A DNA stretch of 64,000 nucleotides, taken from a virus. The notes under the pieces were generated by a model. The model was not told where the DNA came from, did not search any database, and was given only the letters and a program-made list of their open reading frames with translations. Where the stretch lies: positions 6,287 to 70,286 of the IMG/VR virus record IMGVR_UViG_3300045020_000106; one strand, written 5' to 3'. Position numbers and translations under genes: made by a program. Each line of letters starts with the position of its first letter. Positions within the stretch are counted from its first letter, which is position 1. Below, in pieces: positions 35,372 through 45,284 of the stretch.

Positions 35372-37932
35372 GCGCTCCAAGCGTAATGCCAAATCTCGGG
35401 GCAGAAGATCCCGCCAAAAGTGTGACTGCCACCAACCCGGATAATCCCTCGCAATATGGGCCGGAGGAACAGTCTCCCTTCTCCATGAGCGGCGTGTCGG
35501 AGGCTGACGCCAAAAGACTCGTCGACATCATTACCGACTACCGCAATAGCTGGGCCCAGGATCGGTTGGAACGCATTCAGCAGTGGACGCAAAACGTATT
35601 CTACTGGCGCGGCATTCAAGTCATCGGCTGGGACTCAACCACGAATTGCTGGTATGACGCGTTGGCCTTCTCCCGTAGCCAGGGCGACTCCGGCGAAGAT
35701 ACCGATCTGGAACGCTGGATCAATCCTCTGACGTTAATGTTTTGCAATGTCTTCACCGGGCAGATGGGCCGCGTCATTCCCAAGACCGTTGTCAAACCGC
35801 AAAACGCCGATCCGGGATTAAAAGACACGGTGACGGCCAAAGCGGCTCGCGAGGCTCTGGAAATCATCGAGCGAGAGAATCAGATGCGCAAACTGATTCG
35901 CTCCATATGGGAGATGCTCTACCTCTTCGGATCGTATTTCCGTCATACACGCGCGGTCATTGACGGCAACATGTTTGGCTACGATGAAGAGGCAGTCTTT
36001 GAGGACATGGAGATTGCCACCGGGCCGCATTACAAGTGCCCGAACTGCGGCATGGAATCCCCAGCGACAAGTTCTGAGGGTACAACGTGTCCGAATTGCG
36101 GGGCGTTCCTGGGACAAGAAAGCTTCTACGCCGCCGGCGAGGGAAATCGATTAAGCCTGAAGCAATCCGGCACCAAGAAAATTCCGCGCGCCGGAGTGAA
36201 ATGGACCCTGCACTCTCCGCTGGAAATTGACTGCGACCCCAAAGCAGCGGGCGATAACCCACTAAGTAAGACGCCGATTCTCTGCAAAGATATCGAAATT
36301 GACTTCGGCGAAGCCTGCCGGATGTTTCCCAAGTTCCGCGACAGTATCCAGCCGGGCGCGGAAACCAGCACTACACCGAATGCCGCAGTAGAAAAGATCG
36401 CCCGCCTGGATACAGTCAGTGCCTTGGGTGGGATTACCGCCGATAATAGTTTAGCGAACCCCACTTACTCTGAAGTGTGGATGACGGTCAACTCTTTCTA
36501 TCACCCATTGAGTAACTCTAATACAGACTGGGCTTTTGCCGAGAGGATGGAAAAACAATTCCCCGATGGATTAAAGCTTTCCATGGTAGGGGAAATTACC
36601 GTAGATATCCGTGAGGCAAGTCTCACCAAGGAATGGAGTCACTCTGCCCTGTACATCAATCAGGGTGTGTATTGCAACGCGTTAGCCAATACCGCCGTCA
36701 GTTTTAATGCGCGATTCAACCGCACGATGTGGATTCTCGACGATTGGGCTTCACGCGCGGCTCTGGGGCTGAACCTGGCAGATGCGGCTTGCGTTGACAC
36801 CGAGAAGATGAGTGGCAAGAGGGTTCCAGCGGGAACCTTAACCCCTGTGCCTATGAAGGTCAACGGGGAACCTCGTCCGATGTCGGAAAAGATCATGCAC
36901 GCCGATCTCCCGATTAACCCGGCTCTGTGGAATTACCCGATGATGCTGCTGACGTTTGCCGAGTTGATCATGGGCATCCCTCGCCAGTTGGCCGGACAAG
37001 GGACACAGGACGATGTCGAGACTTTGGGTGGTCAACAACTTCAATTATCACGGGCGTCGACGACCCTGAAACCGTATTTCGAGAACGTGAAAGATGAGCA
37101 CGCCTGTGCCAGTTCAAACGCAATCTACTGGCTCAAGAAATTGATGGAAACCGGGGCGGTCAAAAAGATCAGCCAAGTAATCGAAGAGCGCGGCGGAGCC
37201 TTCCAGAACAAGGAAGTCGATTGGTCGGAGATGGACGGCAACGTCTCCATCTATCAGGATGAAGATCAAGACTTACCAGTTTCCCCAGAAGAGTTACGCA
37301 CGGCCGTGCAGATGATCTTCCAGGAAGTCAGCAAGAACAATCCAGCGGCGATTGCCTGGATGGATGTACCGGAGAATCAAAACCTTGCTGTCAGTGCGTT
37401 GGTGCCGGGAAGCATTATCCCTGACGAAGCGCAGCAGTTGAAAACCGAGAACGACTTCCAGACCATCGTGGACCAGGGGATGCAGTTGAAACAAGGGCCG
37501 AACGGTTCTCTCTCAATGCAGTTACCGGTTCACCCGGAGAAGTACGAGAACTTCCCGATTGCAAAACAAATCTGGCAGCGCTCGATGTTAACGCACTACG
37601 AATTGAGAATCGAGCAGGCCGACAAGTGGATCGCCCTCAATGCCTATTGGGAAGCATTGAACGATGCCGATACAGCGGTCGGACAGGATCAAGCCCAGCG
37701 GCAAATGAAAGTCACGGCTGCGGGTCAACCTACCAAGCCTGGGCCTGACCCACAGGTACAAGGCGAGATGCAGGAAGTGATGCAAGCAGCTCGCATCGCA
37801 CTTGCGAAACTCGTCCAGTTCACGAATGTCGATCCTGCCCTGACCGGCGGATTGAAAGATCAAGTGGCATCCGCCAAGGAAGTGGTGGATACGGCGGTAG
37901 ATGCCGCGAAGTTAATGAATGGAGGAAAGTAA
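35368..37932 (+). CDS. Portal protein (P22-like) with a Zn-ribbon insertion
   Basis: 854 aa; YWRGIQ, IN....CNVF, VKPQNAD..DTVTAKAA, ETLGGQQL; CPNCG x2; precedes scaffold and capsid. Confidence 0.8.
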   Translation: MSAPSVMPNLGAEDPAKSVTATNPDNPSQYGPEEQSPFSMSGVSEADAKRLVDIITDYRNSWAQDRLERIQQWTQNVFYWRGIQVIGWDSTTNCWYDALAFSRSQGDSGEDTDLERWINPLTLMFCNVFTGQMGRVIPKTVVKPQNADPGLKDTVTAKAAREALEIIERENQMRKLIRSIWEMLYLFGSYFRHTRAVIDGNMFGYDEEAVFEDMEIATGPHYKCPNCGMESPATSSEGTTCPNCGAFLGQESFYAAGEGNRLSLKQSGTKKIPRAGVKWTLHSPLEIDCDPKAAGDNPLSKTPILCKDIEIDFGEACRMFPKFRDSIQPGAETSTTPNAAVEKIARLDTVSALGGITADNSLANPTYSEVWMTVNSFYHPLSNSNTDWAFAERMEKQFPDGLKLSMVGEITVDIREASLTKEWSHSALYINQGVYCNALANTAVSFNARFNRTMWILDDWASRAALGLNLADAACVDTEKMSGKRVPAGTLTPVPMKVNGEPRPMSEKIMHADLPINPALWNYPMMLLTFAELIMGIPRQLAGQGTQDDVETLGGQQLQLSRASTTLKPYFENVKDEHACASSNAIYWLKKLMETGAVKKISQVIEERGGAFQNKEVDWSEMDGNVSIYQDEDQDLPVSPEELRTAVQMIFQEVSKNNPAAIAWMDVPENQNLAVSALVPGSIIPDEAQQLKTENDFQTIVDQGMQLKQGPNGSLSMQLPVHPEKYENFPIAKQIWQRSMLTHYELRIEQADKWIALNAYWEALNDADTAVGQDQAQRQMKVTAAGQPTKPGPDPQVQGEMQEVMQAARIALAKLVQFTNVDPALTGGLKDQVASAKEVVDTAVDAAKLMNGGK

Positions 37933-38285
37933 TGCCGATAGAAAATGAAGTTACTGCGAAATGGGGAGGTCATATCTATCAAGTTAATCCTCCCATGACT
38001 CGCGAGGAAATGGCCGATATGCGTAAGCGCTGCGGCCTTGTTCCTGCAACGTTCCACTATCAAGACCCGACGCCGGACATGCAAACCGATGCCTTGTGGA
38101 ATGCCATCTGGAACGAAATCAAGACGTGGGACATCAACGTCCCAACGGAGTACCAAGGATATTGCGGGGCGACTGGGAATCACGCTACTGCGATCTACCT
38201 GGCAGTCCGTGAGCATATCGAACGCCAAATCACGCAAGTAGCAGAGCAAATCGCACCCCGTTTTGTTGCCAAGGAGAATGAATAG
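37932..38285 (+). CDS. Hypothetical protein inserted between portal and scaffold
   Basis: TAATG overlap; WNAIWNEIKTWDINVP.EYQGYCGATGNH. Confidence 0.65.
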   Translation: MPIENEVTAKWGGHIYQVNPPMTREEMADMRKRCGLVPATFHYQDPTPDMQTDALWNAIWNEIKTWDINVPTEYQGYCGATGNHATAIYLAVREHIERQITQVAEQIAPRFVAKENE

Positions 38286-38287
38286 TC

Positions 38288-39883
38288 ATGCCTGAAACCG
38301 TAGCGCCTGTCACACCCGCAGCTCCAGCAGCACCCGCACCAGCGGCTCCTGTCAGTGCCGCACCCGTAGCACCAACTCCCGTTACCCCTGCGGCTCCCGC
38401 AGCCCCAGCGGTTTACGATGCAAAGTCCTCTGCGACTCCACCGAAGAACACCGACTATCCCGATAACGCCGATGGTCAGGCTTCTTTCATGGAAGCCAAT
38501 GCAGAGTGGGAACTATCTCATCCCGAAGAAGCGTCCAAACTTCGAAAGCCGGTAGACGCCGAAGCAGCCGCAGAGCCTGTGGCCGAACCCGCTAAGGTCG
38601 AGGAGCAAAAGACCGAACCGGAGAAGGTTGTTGCAACTCCCGCAGCGATTGATTCCTGGTTATCCGACACTCCGGAACTCAAAGCAGTATTCGACCAGCA
38701 CCCAGAGAAACTGTCGCAGATTATGGAGATGGCGCGCAGCGTCGAAGCGGCTAAACCCATTCTGGACATTGTCGGCACCAAGGAAGAAGCGGAATTCGCC
38801 GTCGATCACGCGAATCGATTGGTTTCCCTTCAGAGCAATTGGATGCTGGCTGCGGAAGATCCTGAAATGGCGACAGCCGCATGGGATCAGACTGTCGAGA
38901 TGTTCAAGGAACGGGACGCGGAAGGAAAAGAAGTCCTCGAAAACGGCAAGCCGAAACTGGCCGCCGACTTCAAGCCGTTTGTCACGGCGGCCGCGAACGC
39001 TGCGATCGGCCCTCTGGTAGAAGCCGCAAAATCGAGGATGGATGCCCTGAAGGCCAAACTCGCCGGAAGTTATCCGAACGACGAAGCGCGGCAGGTGGAT
39101 GAAGACGCGCTTGAGCAAGCCGACTACGCGATGAAAGGCTTCCAGTTTGTGTTGGCGGAATTGTCGCATACCGACGACGGCCCACAACTGCCCGTCCTTC
39201 CACCGGATGCCACAGAACAGCAAAAGGCATTTCAGAAGCACCTGGAGGAAGAGCAGAAGAAAGTCGACGCCAACAAGGGCAAGCAGTCCACGGCAGAGCG
39301 CAAAGCCGCGCAAGCGAAGCTCGACCGGGAAGTCGATGGAGAATGGTCAAACTCGATTCGCAACTATATCGAGACCAACATTCAGGCCATGGAAGACCGT
39401 GGGGAATACATTCCACGGATTGTGATTGAAGATAAGTGGATCAATCCCAATACGGGGCAAGCCGGGAAGAACACCGCCTTTGGCATGAAACTGTACTTAC
39501 AGTTGAATGACAAAATCTATGGCAACCCGGTCCATCGCGCAAAACTCGCCAACTTGCAGGCCCAGAGAGCGAACGGCAAGGCGGCGCGCATCGCAGAATT
39601 GACTCGCCTGCAAAGTCTTTACCTTCCGGCACTGTTCAATGCGGAAGTGAAGCGGATTCAGGATAGTGTGCGCGGGAGTGGCAAAAAGAAACCAGCGCCG
39701 ACGACAGCTCGGGTTGAGCCGACCACGTCTGCTACAGTAGTTCCATCGGCAATGGATGACAAGCAAGTCCGTGCCTGGGCGGAAGGGGAAGCCAAGAAAG
39801 ACCCGAGCTTCGCTTCCATGTCCGTATCCCAGCGCGAAGAGACGATTTTAGACTTCATGCTCCGCAGGCAATTCAAAGGGTAA
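38288..39883 (+). CDS. Scaffolding-like protein
   Basis: Pro/Ala-rich acidic N-terminus, helical, directly upstream of the capsid gene. Confidence 0.65.
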   Translation: MPETVAPVTPAAPAAPAPAAPVSAAPVAPTPVTPAAPAAPAVYDAKSSATPPKNTDYPDNADGQASFMEANAEWELSHPEEASKLRKPVDAEAAAEPVAEPAKVEEQKTEPEKVVATPAAIDSWLSDTPELKAVFDQHPEKLSQIMEMARSVEAAKPILDIVGTKEEAEFAVDHANRLVSLQSNWMLAAEDPEMATAAWDQTVEMFKERDAEGKEVLENGKPKLAADFKPFVTAAANAAIGPLVEAAKSRMDALKAKLAGSYPNDEARQVDEDALEQADYAMKGFQFVLAELSHTDDGPQLPVLPPDATEQQKAFQKHLEEEQKKVDANKGKQSTAERKAAQAKLDREVDGEWSNSIRNYIETNIQAMEDRGEYIPRIVIEDKWINPNTGQAGKNTAFGMKLYLQLNDKIYGNPVHRAKLANLQAQRANGKAARIAELTRLQSLYLPALFNAEVKRIQDSVRGSGKKKPAPTTARVEPTTSATVVPSAMDDKQVRAWAEGEAKKDPSFASMSVSQREETILDFMLRRQFKG

Positions 39884-39956
39884 CTCCTCGTCCGCGCCCT
39901 TCGTTGGCGCGCAACCGTAAAGCAGGGCCAATCTAACCATTTATTGCGGAGAGGAG
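39884..39956 (+). promoter_or_regulatory. RBS-sequestering structure upstream of the capsid gene
   Basis: CTCCTC(G)TCCGC (39884-39895) pairs with GCGGAGAGGAG (39946-39956). Confidence 0.55.
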
Positions 39957-39963
39957 CTAACCC

Positions 39964-41259
39964 ATGCCCGCACCCAATTTCACGACTGCGCAGAGTCAAC
40001 TACCCATTATGTTGCAGGTGGTTGATAGCGCAGTGGCAAAATCCCAGAATCTTGATAAAGGGATCGATAAGCGCTTTCAGGCGGCTTCGACCAAAGATAT
40101 GGGCAAAGAGAAATATCGTCACCCGATTCAGTTCGATGAAGGTGGTCAGCCTGGTTCCTACGATCCTGATGGCGGACCTTACTTCACCGGTACGGGACCG
40201 GAATACAACCAGTTCCTTGTGGTCCCCATTCCTATCCTGATGTCGTTCGGCGCCACGGAACTATTGGAGCGCATCGAAAAGTCGGATGGCCTGGAGATCA
40301 TCAAACCGATCAGTCGCATGGTCGCTGGAGCCAAAGGGAAGATGGCGCACGTCCGCTGCGCACTCGCTCAAGGCTATAACCAGTTCCTGTTGGCAACAGT
40401 AGACACCAGCTACGTTGGCGGAAACACCGTTCAACTCGCCAATTCGCCGTTTGGAAATCGGCTGCTGGACATCAACAATCAGGTGTTGGCAACCGACGCC
40501 AGCGGAAACTACAACGCGATCGGCACCCCGACGATCCTGGAAAAGTCGAACTCCACTGGCGCGCAGGTCGATACGGTGACCCTGGATGTCGTCCCCGCAG
40601 GATTGGTGGCGGGTTCGTCGTTCCTGTTGAACAACGCTACCTCTGGCGCCCCTCTGGGTCCGCAGGGCATGCAGTACCTCATTTCCACGGCCAACACCCT
40701 GGATCTGGACGGTATCTCGCGTTCTCTTTCCCAGATGCAGGCGGCAGGCGTGAATGCGAATAACGCGACTCTGACCCTGGGAGTCATTACCGCCCTGAAT
40801 ATGCGGCAAAAACAGAATGCGGGCCCGGATGAGGATTCCGGCTCACGCTTCTATTACACGCACATCATCCAGCAGGCAACCGCGCAGCAGCTTGGCTTTT
40901 CCAAGACCATGCTGATTTCGAGCGACGGCAATCAGAAGAACTTCGATATCGCGCCGGATCGCGATGCGAAATGGTACATCGGCAAGCAGGAAGTCGAGAT
41001 GGATACCATGGCTGCGATCAACACCCTGTATGACGTGTGCGGCATGTATCTACGCAAAGTCCGGTATCCCGGCAGCCAGAAGTTCCTGCCTGGGATGATT
41101 AACGGACTCTGGTGGCCCCGCACCACGGCCGGCAATCAGTGGACCTCAGAGCGAGATGTTTATTATCAGGACGCATACAACAACTATTGTTCGTTTCCGT
41201 GGAGTAACGCGGTTGCCAACAATCTTGGTATCAGTCCCTCAATGGCGGTAGCGATTTAA
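39964..41259 (+). CDS. Major capsid protein (HK97 fold, inferred)
   Basis: 431 aa after the scaffold; strong RBS; GMQYLI...GISRS motif common in podovirus-like MCPs. Confidence 0.75.
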   Translation: MPAPNFTTAQSQLPIMLQVVDSAVAKSQNLDKGIDKRFQAASTKDMGKEKYRHPIQFDEGGQPGSYDPDGGPYFTGTGPEYNQFLVVPIPILMSFGATELLERIEKSDGLEIIKPISRMVAGAKGKMAHVRCALAQGYNQFLLATVDTSYVGGNTVQLANSPFGNRLLDINNQVLATDASGNYNAIGTPTILEKSNSTGAQVDTVTLDVVPAGLVAGSSFLLNNATSGAPLGPQGMQYLISTANTLDLDGISRSLSQMQAAGVNANNATLTLGVITALNMRQKQNAGPDEDSGSRFYYTHIIQQATAQQLGFSKTMLISSDGNQKNFDIAPDRDAKWYIGKQEVEMDTMAAINTLYDVCGMYLRKVRYPGSQKFLPGMINGLWWPRTTAGNQWTSERDVYYQDAYNNYCSFPWSNAVANNLGISPSMAVAI

Positions 41260-41266
41260 AGTAACA

Positions 41267-41320
41267 TCATCTACTATGGTGGATGGGTTATGTATTATTA
41301 CCTATCCACCAATTAGATGA
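41267..41320 (+). promoter_or_regulatory. Hairpin overlapping the HNH gene start region
   Basis: TCATCTA/TAGATGA and TGGTGGATGGGT/ACCTATCCACCA stems with an AT-rich loop. Confidence 0.55.
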
Positions 41321-41328
41321 GGTTGCCT

Positions 41329-41976
41329 ATGTGGGATTCGGAAGACGTTAAACAGTTGTGGCAAAACCCGGAGTACAGGAAGAAGCAAGTAGAAGTTGAT
41401 AAAGAAAGAAAACGCAAAGCTTCAATTGCATTAAAGAAGCACTGGGCTGATCCAGAGAATCGTGCACGTCGTATAGCGGTGATGACATCTCCACATGTAC
41501 AACGTAGACAAGCTGCTGCGATGGCGATCCGTTCAAAGGAGCTATGGAAAGATCCGACGTACCGAGCCGCGCAGGGCGCTCACCGTTCGGCATTCGCCAA
41601 AACAAGAAGTGGGATAACGGCGCCAGGATTCAAGCACGGTCTGTCGCGCACGCCTGAATACCGTGCTTATCATCAAGCCAAGGCGCGGTGTACCAAGATA
41701 GATCACCAACATTATTCCGAGTACGGCATGCGCGGTATCAAGTTCCTTTTTGCCTCTTTCGAGCAGTTTATTGCTCACATAGGTATGCGACCATCCGCAA
41801 AGCATTCGCTCGACAGAATCAACAACGACGGACATTACGAAATTGGTAATGTCGCTTGGCGGACGGCGACCGAGCAAGTTATCAATCGCCGAAAAGCGAA
41901 TAGCAACTGCCGTGCATGCGGCAAGCTTCTATCGTGTTCCTGTATGGAACCAGAATACGGCTTATCGGCCTGCTGA
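41329..41976 (+). mobile_element. Free-standing HNH homing endonuclease with NUMOD-like basic repeats
   Basis: W.NPEYR repeats; HGLSRTPEY...RC; YGMRGI; HSLDRINNDGHYEIGNVAWRT..EQ..NRR. Confidence 0.88.
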
Positions 41977-42002
41977 TTGTAAAACTGAACTACCTGGGAT
42001 AG

Positions 42003-42035
42003 CGCCCGGAGTCGAAAGATTCCGGGCGTATTTTT
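42003..42035 (+). terminator. Rho-independent terminator
   Basis: CGCCCGGAGTC-GAAA-GATTCCGGGCG followed by TATTTTT. Confidence 0.85.
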
Positions 42036-42221
42036 ATGGCTGAAGACACGTTAGTCCAGCTAACCACAACCACAGTCGTGAACTATAAAGCGAAAGACGG
42101 CTCCATCAAAGAGTTGCGAGTCATTCAACCGCTCGACCCAACTAAGCGGCGCATGGATATTGATGACATCCGGCTACTCGCCAAAGAGATCTCGAAAGTG
42201 TTAAAGGAAGACGCGCTCTGA
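42036..42221 (+). CDS. Hypothetical protein
   Basis: Coupled to the next gene. Confidence 0.5.
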   Translation: MAEDTLVQLTTTTVVNYKAKDGSIKELRVIQPLDPTKRRMDIDDIRLLAKEISKVLKEDAL

Positions 42222-42961
42222 TGTACGAATCCCGCCCCGAAAAAGACACACCCGAGAATATTCTGACGGCTCTTTCCGACTACGGTGGATTAAGTCCGAC
42301 AGGAAAGCCCATCTGGCAGTTGGTCTTGGCGGAGAACTGCAAAACCCTGTGCCATGGCCGCATGAATTACATCGCCAAAGGACGAACGGAAGCGCACCAG
42401 TACGACGGCGAATGGAACCTTGAAAACAAGACACCAGAATTCACAGTGGCGGGCAATGCTGTGATTGAGCCGGACCGCATTGAGGAAGGATCGTTCTGGA
42501 TTCCGACCTATTCAAACACGAGTGGATGGATTCTCAGGCGATGGCTCCCCGCATCCTCGTGGGGATCGAGAGATCAATGGGAAGGGGAGCGTGCGCAGGA
42601 CGGCCGCACGAGGCTATTGGCAGCCTACCCGCAGCATGGGGATTACATGGCGATGCCGGGGTGCGAATGGAGTGTCATTCCGCCTCTTGACCTTTTGTTT
42701 ACATGTATCCGCTCGTACAACATTCAACAGCGGGCCAACCCGGTCAATTGGCCGAACTACATTCAAGCGATTGGAACCGTAGAGCAGTTACGCCGCCAGC
42801 AAGCGGCGGATACTTACGCGGAAGAGTTGGAAGCCCAATACCGGGAAGGGTTCAGCGCAACCTTCCGCTCGGCTAGCTCGTCGGCTCAGATAGTTAGAAA
42901 CATCATGGCACGAGAAGTAGGCGGCGTGAATCTTGGCGCCGCCGATAAGTGGGGATCGTAA
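42221..42961 (+). CDS. Hypothetical protein in the head/tail module
   Basis: 246-aa ORF in operon context. Confidence 0.65.
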   Translation: MYESRPEKDTPENILTALSDYGGLSPTGKPIWQLVLAENCKTLCHGRMNYIAKGRTEAHQYDGEWNLENKTPEFTVAGNAVIEPDRIEEGSFWIPTYSNTSGWILRRWLPASSWGSRDQWEGERAQDGRTRLLAAYPQHGDYMAMPGCEWSVIPPLDLLFTCIRSYNIQQRANPVNWPNYIQAIGTVEQLRRQQAADTYAEELEAQYREGFSATFRSASSSAQIVRNIMAREVGGVNLGAADKWGS

Positions 42962-42984
42962 GTGATCGACAAAGGAGAACTGGA

Positions 42985-44082
42985 ATGCCTGAAACGCAGG
43001 AGTTAGAAGTATCTGTACCGCAAGCGCAGTCGCACATCGAAACTCCGGTTACTGCCCTTCAGCAGAAGATGGGCAAGTCCGCGAGAGCACGCGTGGAAGC
43101 CCGGCGGCGCAAGCGGAAAGAATTAATGGAAAGCACGCGCTTTGACGGGCAACGCTATTGGGGTCCATGCGCCCCAGCCACAATTGTCAACCTTAATCCT
43201 ATCGCGCTTACGCTCTCGGGAGGATTGGAGCGCTATACCGTCCCGATCGCGGGAGAAGGCAATAATCTCCCCATCAAGATCAAATACAAAGGCCGGGAGT
43301 TTAAGGCGAGTTATGTGACCTTCACAGAGCCATTCCTCTACGACATCATGCGAGACTTTGAAGAGAGCGGCTCAGATGTGTACGTGAAAACCGATGTAGG
43401 CTATGTGCCTCCCGTGGGACTAGTGCACCAGTTCTATGCGCATTACGTGATAGGCGCGGTCGACTACCAGCGCATGGGCGGCATCATCATCTTCGAAGGC
43501 GGCGTCCATACCCTCGAGCATTTACACAAAAATGCCGACATGATTCGCGTGCCTAGCGTGGAAAGCCAACTCGACAGCCAAAAGCGGTTTGTGTACGCGT
43601 CGGTCGAGCGCAAGTTTGCCGATGTGGTGGCGGAAACGCTGATGATGCAGCGCGAGTTCGCAAATGGAGTCATCGCGCGCGGCCATCAGTACTACACCAG
43701 CCAATCCGACATGGAGCGGCAAAGGCTTACGAGTTATCACATCCTCTGGCACAACTGGGCAATGGATCAAGGCTACAAACGGGAGCCAGAAGAGTGGGCC
43801 TCGGAGCGCCTCGAAGACTCTCCTGACATCCAAGCCGTACATTGCCCGAGTTGCTACGAGCGGCAAAAGAATCCCGCGCAGTACTTTTGCTCGAACTGCA
43901 ACACAGCCTTTGACGCGTGTGAAGCGTTTCTCGCCGGCAAGCCGGTGCCGGATGACCAATTATCGATCTACCCGCAAGGCTCGAAACAATTCGACGCCAT
44001 TCTGGTGGAAAAGAAGCGGCGGCGCGAAAACATGGCCCTGTTGCAAACTCCGGAAGACGTAAGGAAAAAGAAATCGGAATAG
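42985..44082 (+). CDS. Hypothetical protein with a C-terminal Zn ribbon
   Basis: AAGGAG RBS; CPSC...FCSNC. Confidence 0.7.
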   Translation: MPETQELEVSVPQAQSHIETPVTALQQKMGKSARARVEARRRKRKELMESTRFDGQRYWGPCAPATIVNLNPIALTLSGGLERYTVPIAGEGNNLPIKIKYKGREFKASYVTFTEPFLYDIMRDFEESGSDVYVKTDVGYVPPVGLVHQFYAHYVIGAVDYQRMGGIIIFEGGVHTLEHLHKNADMIRVPSVESQLDSQKRFVYASVERKFADVVAETLMMQREFANGVIARGHQYYTSQSDMERQRLTSYHILWHNWAMDQGYKREPEEWASERLEDSPDIQAVHCPSCYERQKNPAQYFCSNCNTAFDACEAFLAGKPVPDDQLSIYPQGSKQFDAILVEKKRRRENMALLQTPEDVRKKKSE

Positions 44083-44838
44083 ATGCCGCAAGCCACTGTA
44101 GTTCCCAACACGCTGGGTGATGTGAAACAACGCGTCCGCTCCCTGATGGGCGACCCGAGGGGATCATGGATCACGGACGCGTATGTGACGCCGCTGATTC
44201 AACAGGCGTATGAAGACATCACCCAGCAATTAAAGAACGGCAGTGGTAAGAACCTGGAAGCGGTCATCGAAGCCTTAGACATAGATGCAGGTACTTCCGA
44301 TCTTTCCTACCTGCAATCCTACGGAGATCCAACCGCAGACCCTATCGTTGAACCCGGAGAATGGGTAGGACTCGCTGACCCGATTAAGCTTTGGGTTAAG
44401 ATGGCCGGACAACTCCCGGCATATTACTCGGAAGCTCGTGGACCAAGAGATACCTTGCCGCATGGCAACCCTCCTGGCGTCACTCCGGGCTTTTTCTCGC
44501 CGCGGGTAACATGGGCGTGGATTGGTAATAAGATTTCAATTACGCCGGTTGCGGGTGCGATCGACGCGCAGTTATATGGCAGATTCAACCCACCGCCCTT
44601 GCAGCAGGATACCGACCCACTGGTGATCTATCCCAAAGCCACGGCTCCGGTAGCTTATGCGACGGCGTCATTAGTCGGAGTAGAACGGTCCAATCCTCAG
44701 GTTCTTCAAGGCTACATCGAGCGGGCCCAGGCGACAGTCGACAACATCATTGCAGACATTATCCGGCAGTCGCAAGGCAATCCCAGACGGCTGGGCACGA
44801 TTGGCGGCAGTTATGGAAACGGATGGGGATGGCGCTAA
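44083..44838 (+). CDS. Head-tail adaptor (gp4/gp11-like)
   Basis: TLGDVKQRVRSLMGD N-terminal helix pattern; position after the capsid. Confidence 0.7.
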   Translation: MPQATVVPNTLGDVKQRVRSLMGDPRGSWITDAYVTPLIQQAYEDITQQLKNGSGKNLEAVIEALDIDAGTSDLSYLQSYGDPTADPIVEPGEWVGLADPIKLWVKMAGQLPAYYSEARGPRDTLPHGNPPGVTPGFFSPRVTWAWIGNKISITPVAGAIDAQLYGRFNPPPLQQDTDPLVIYPKATAPVAYATASLVGVERSNPQVLQGYIERAQATVDNIIADIIRQSQGNPRRLGTIGGSYGNGWGWR

Positions 44839-44862
44839 AGACTTTCACAAGGAGAAACGATC

Positions 44863-45255
44863 ATGATTAACTTGGCATATCAGAGCGAAGGGGAATACAA
44901 CAACAACAAAATCGCCATCTTTAAGGCGACCTTCTCCAAAAACTACGGCGTGAATGGAGTTGGCGACTTACTCAACTTCGAACCCTCCCAAAACAACGGC
45001 GTCGATGGAGGAGTGACCGACCCAAGTCAGGCGTACTTCCACATCCTCACGCAGCCCACGGCTAATATATTTGTGAGTGACAACCTAGGCGGGTCGTACA
45101 CGCAGGTAAAGCCCAATGCCGTGCCTACCCTGAACAACTGTGGGCTGCAAATGTTCGAACCTGGCGGCGCGGAAAAAGCCACCAACGCCGCTTATACAGC
45201 GACGGAACTCGCAGGATACACGCTGCTCATGGTTCTTATTCCGGCATTGCAGTAA
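44863..45255 (+). CDS. Putative virion structural protein
   Basis: AAGGAG RBS; beta-rich. Confidence 0.6.
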   Translation: MINLAYQSEGEYNNNKIAIFKATFSKNYGVNGVGDLLNFEPSQNNGVDGGVTDPSQAYFHILTQPTANIFVSDNLGGSYTQVKPNAVPTLNNCGLQMFEPGGAEKATNAAYTATELAGYTLLMVLIPALQ

Positions 45256-45284
45256 CAACGCATTGCCAAGGGGGAGAGTCTAGC

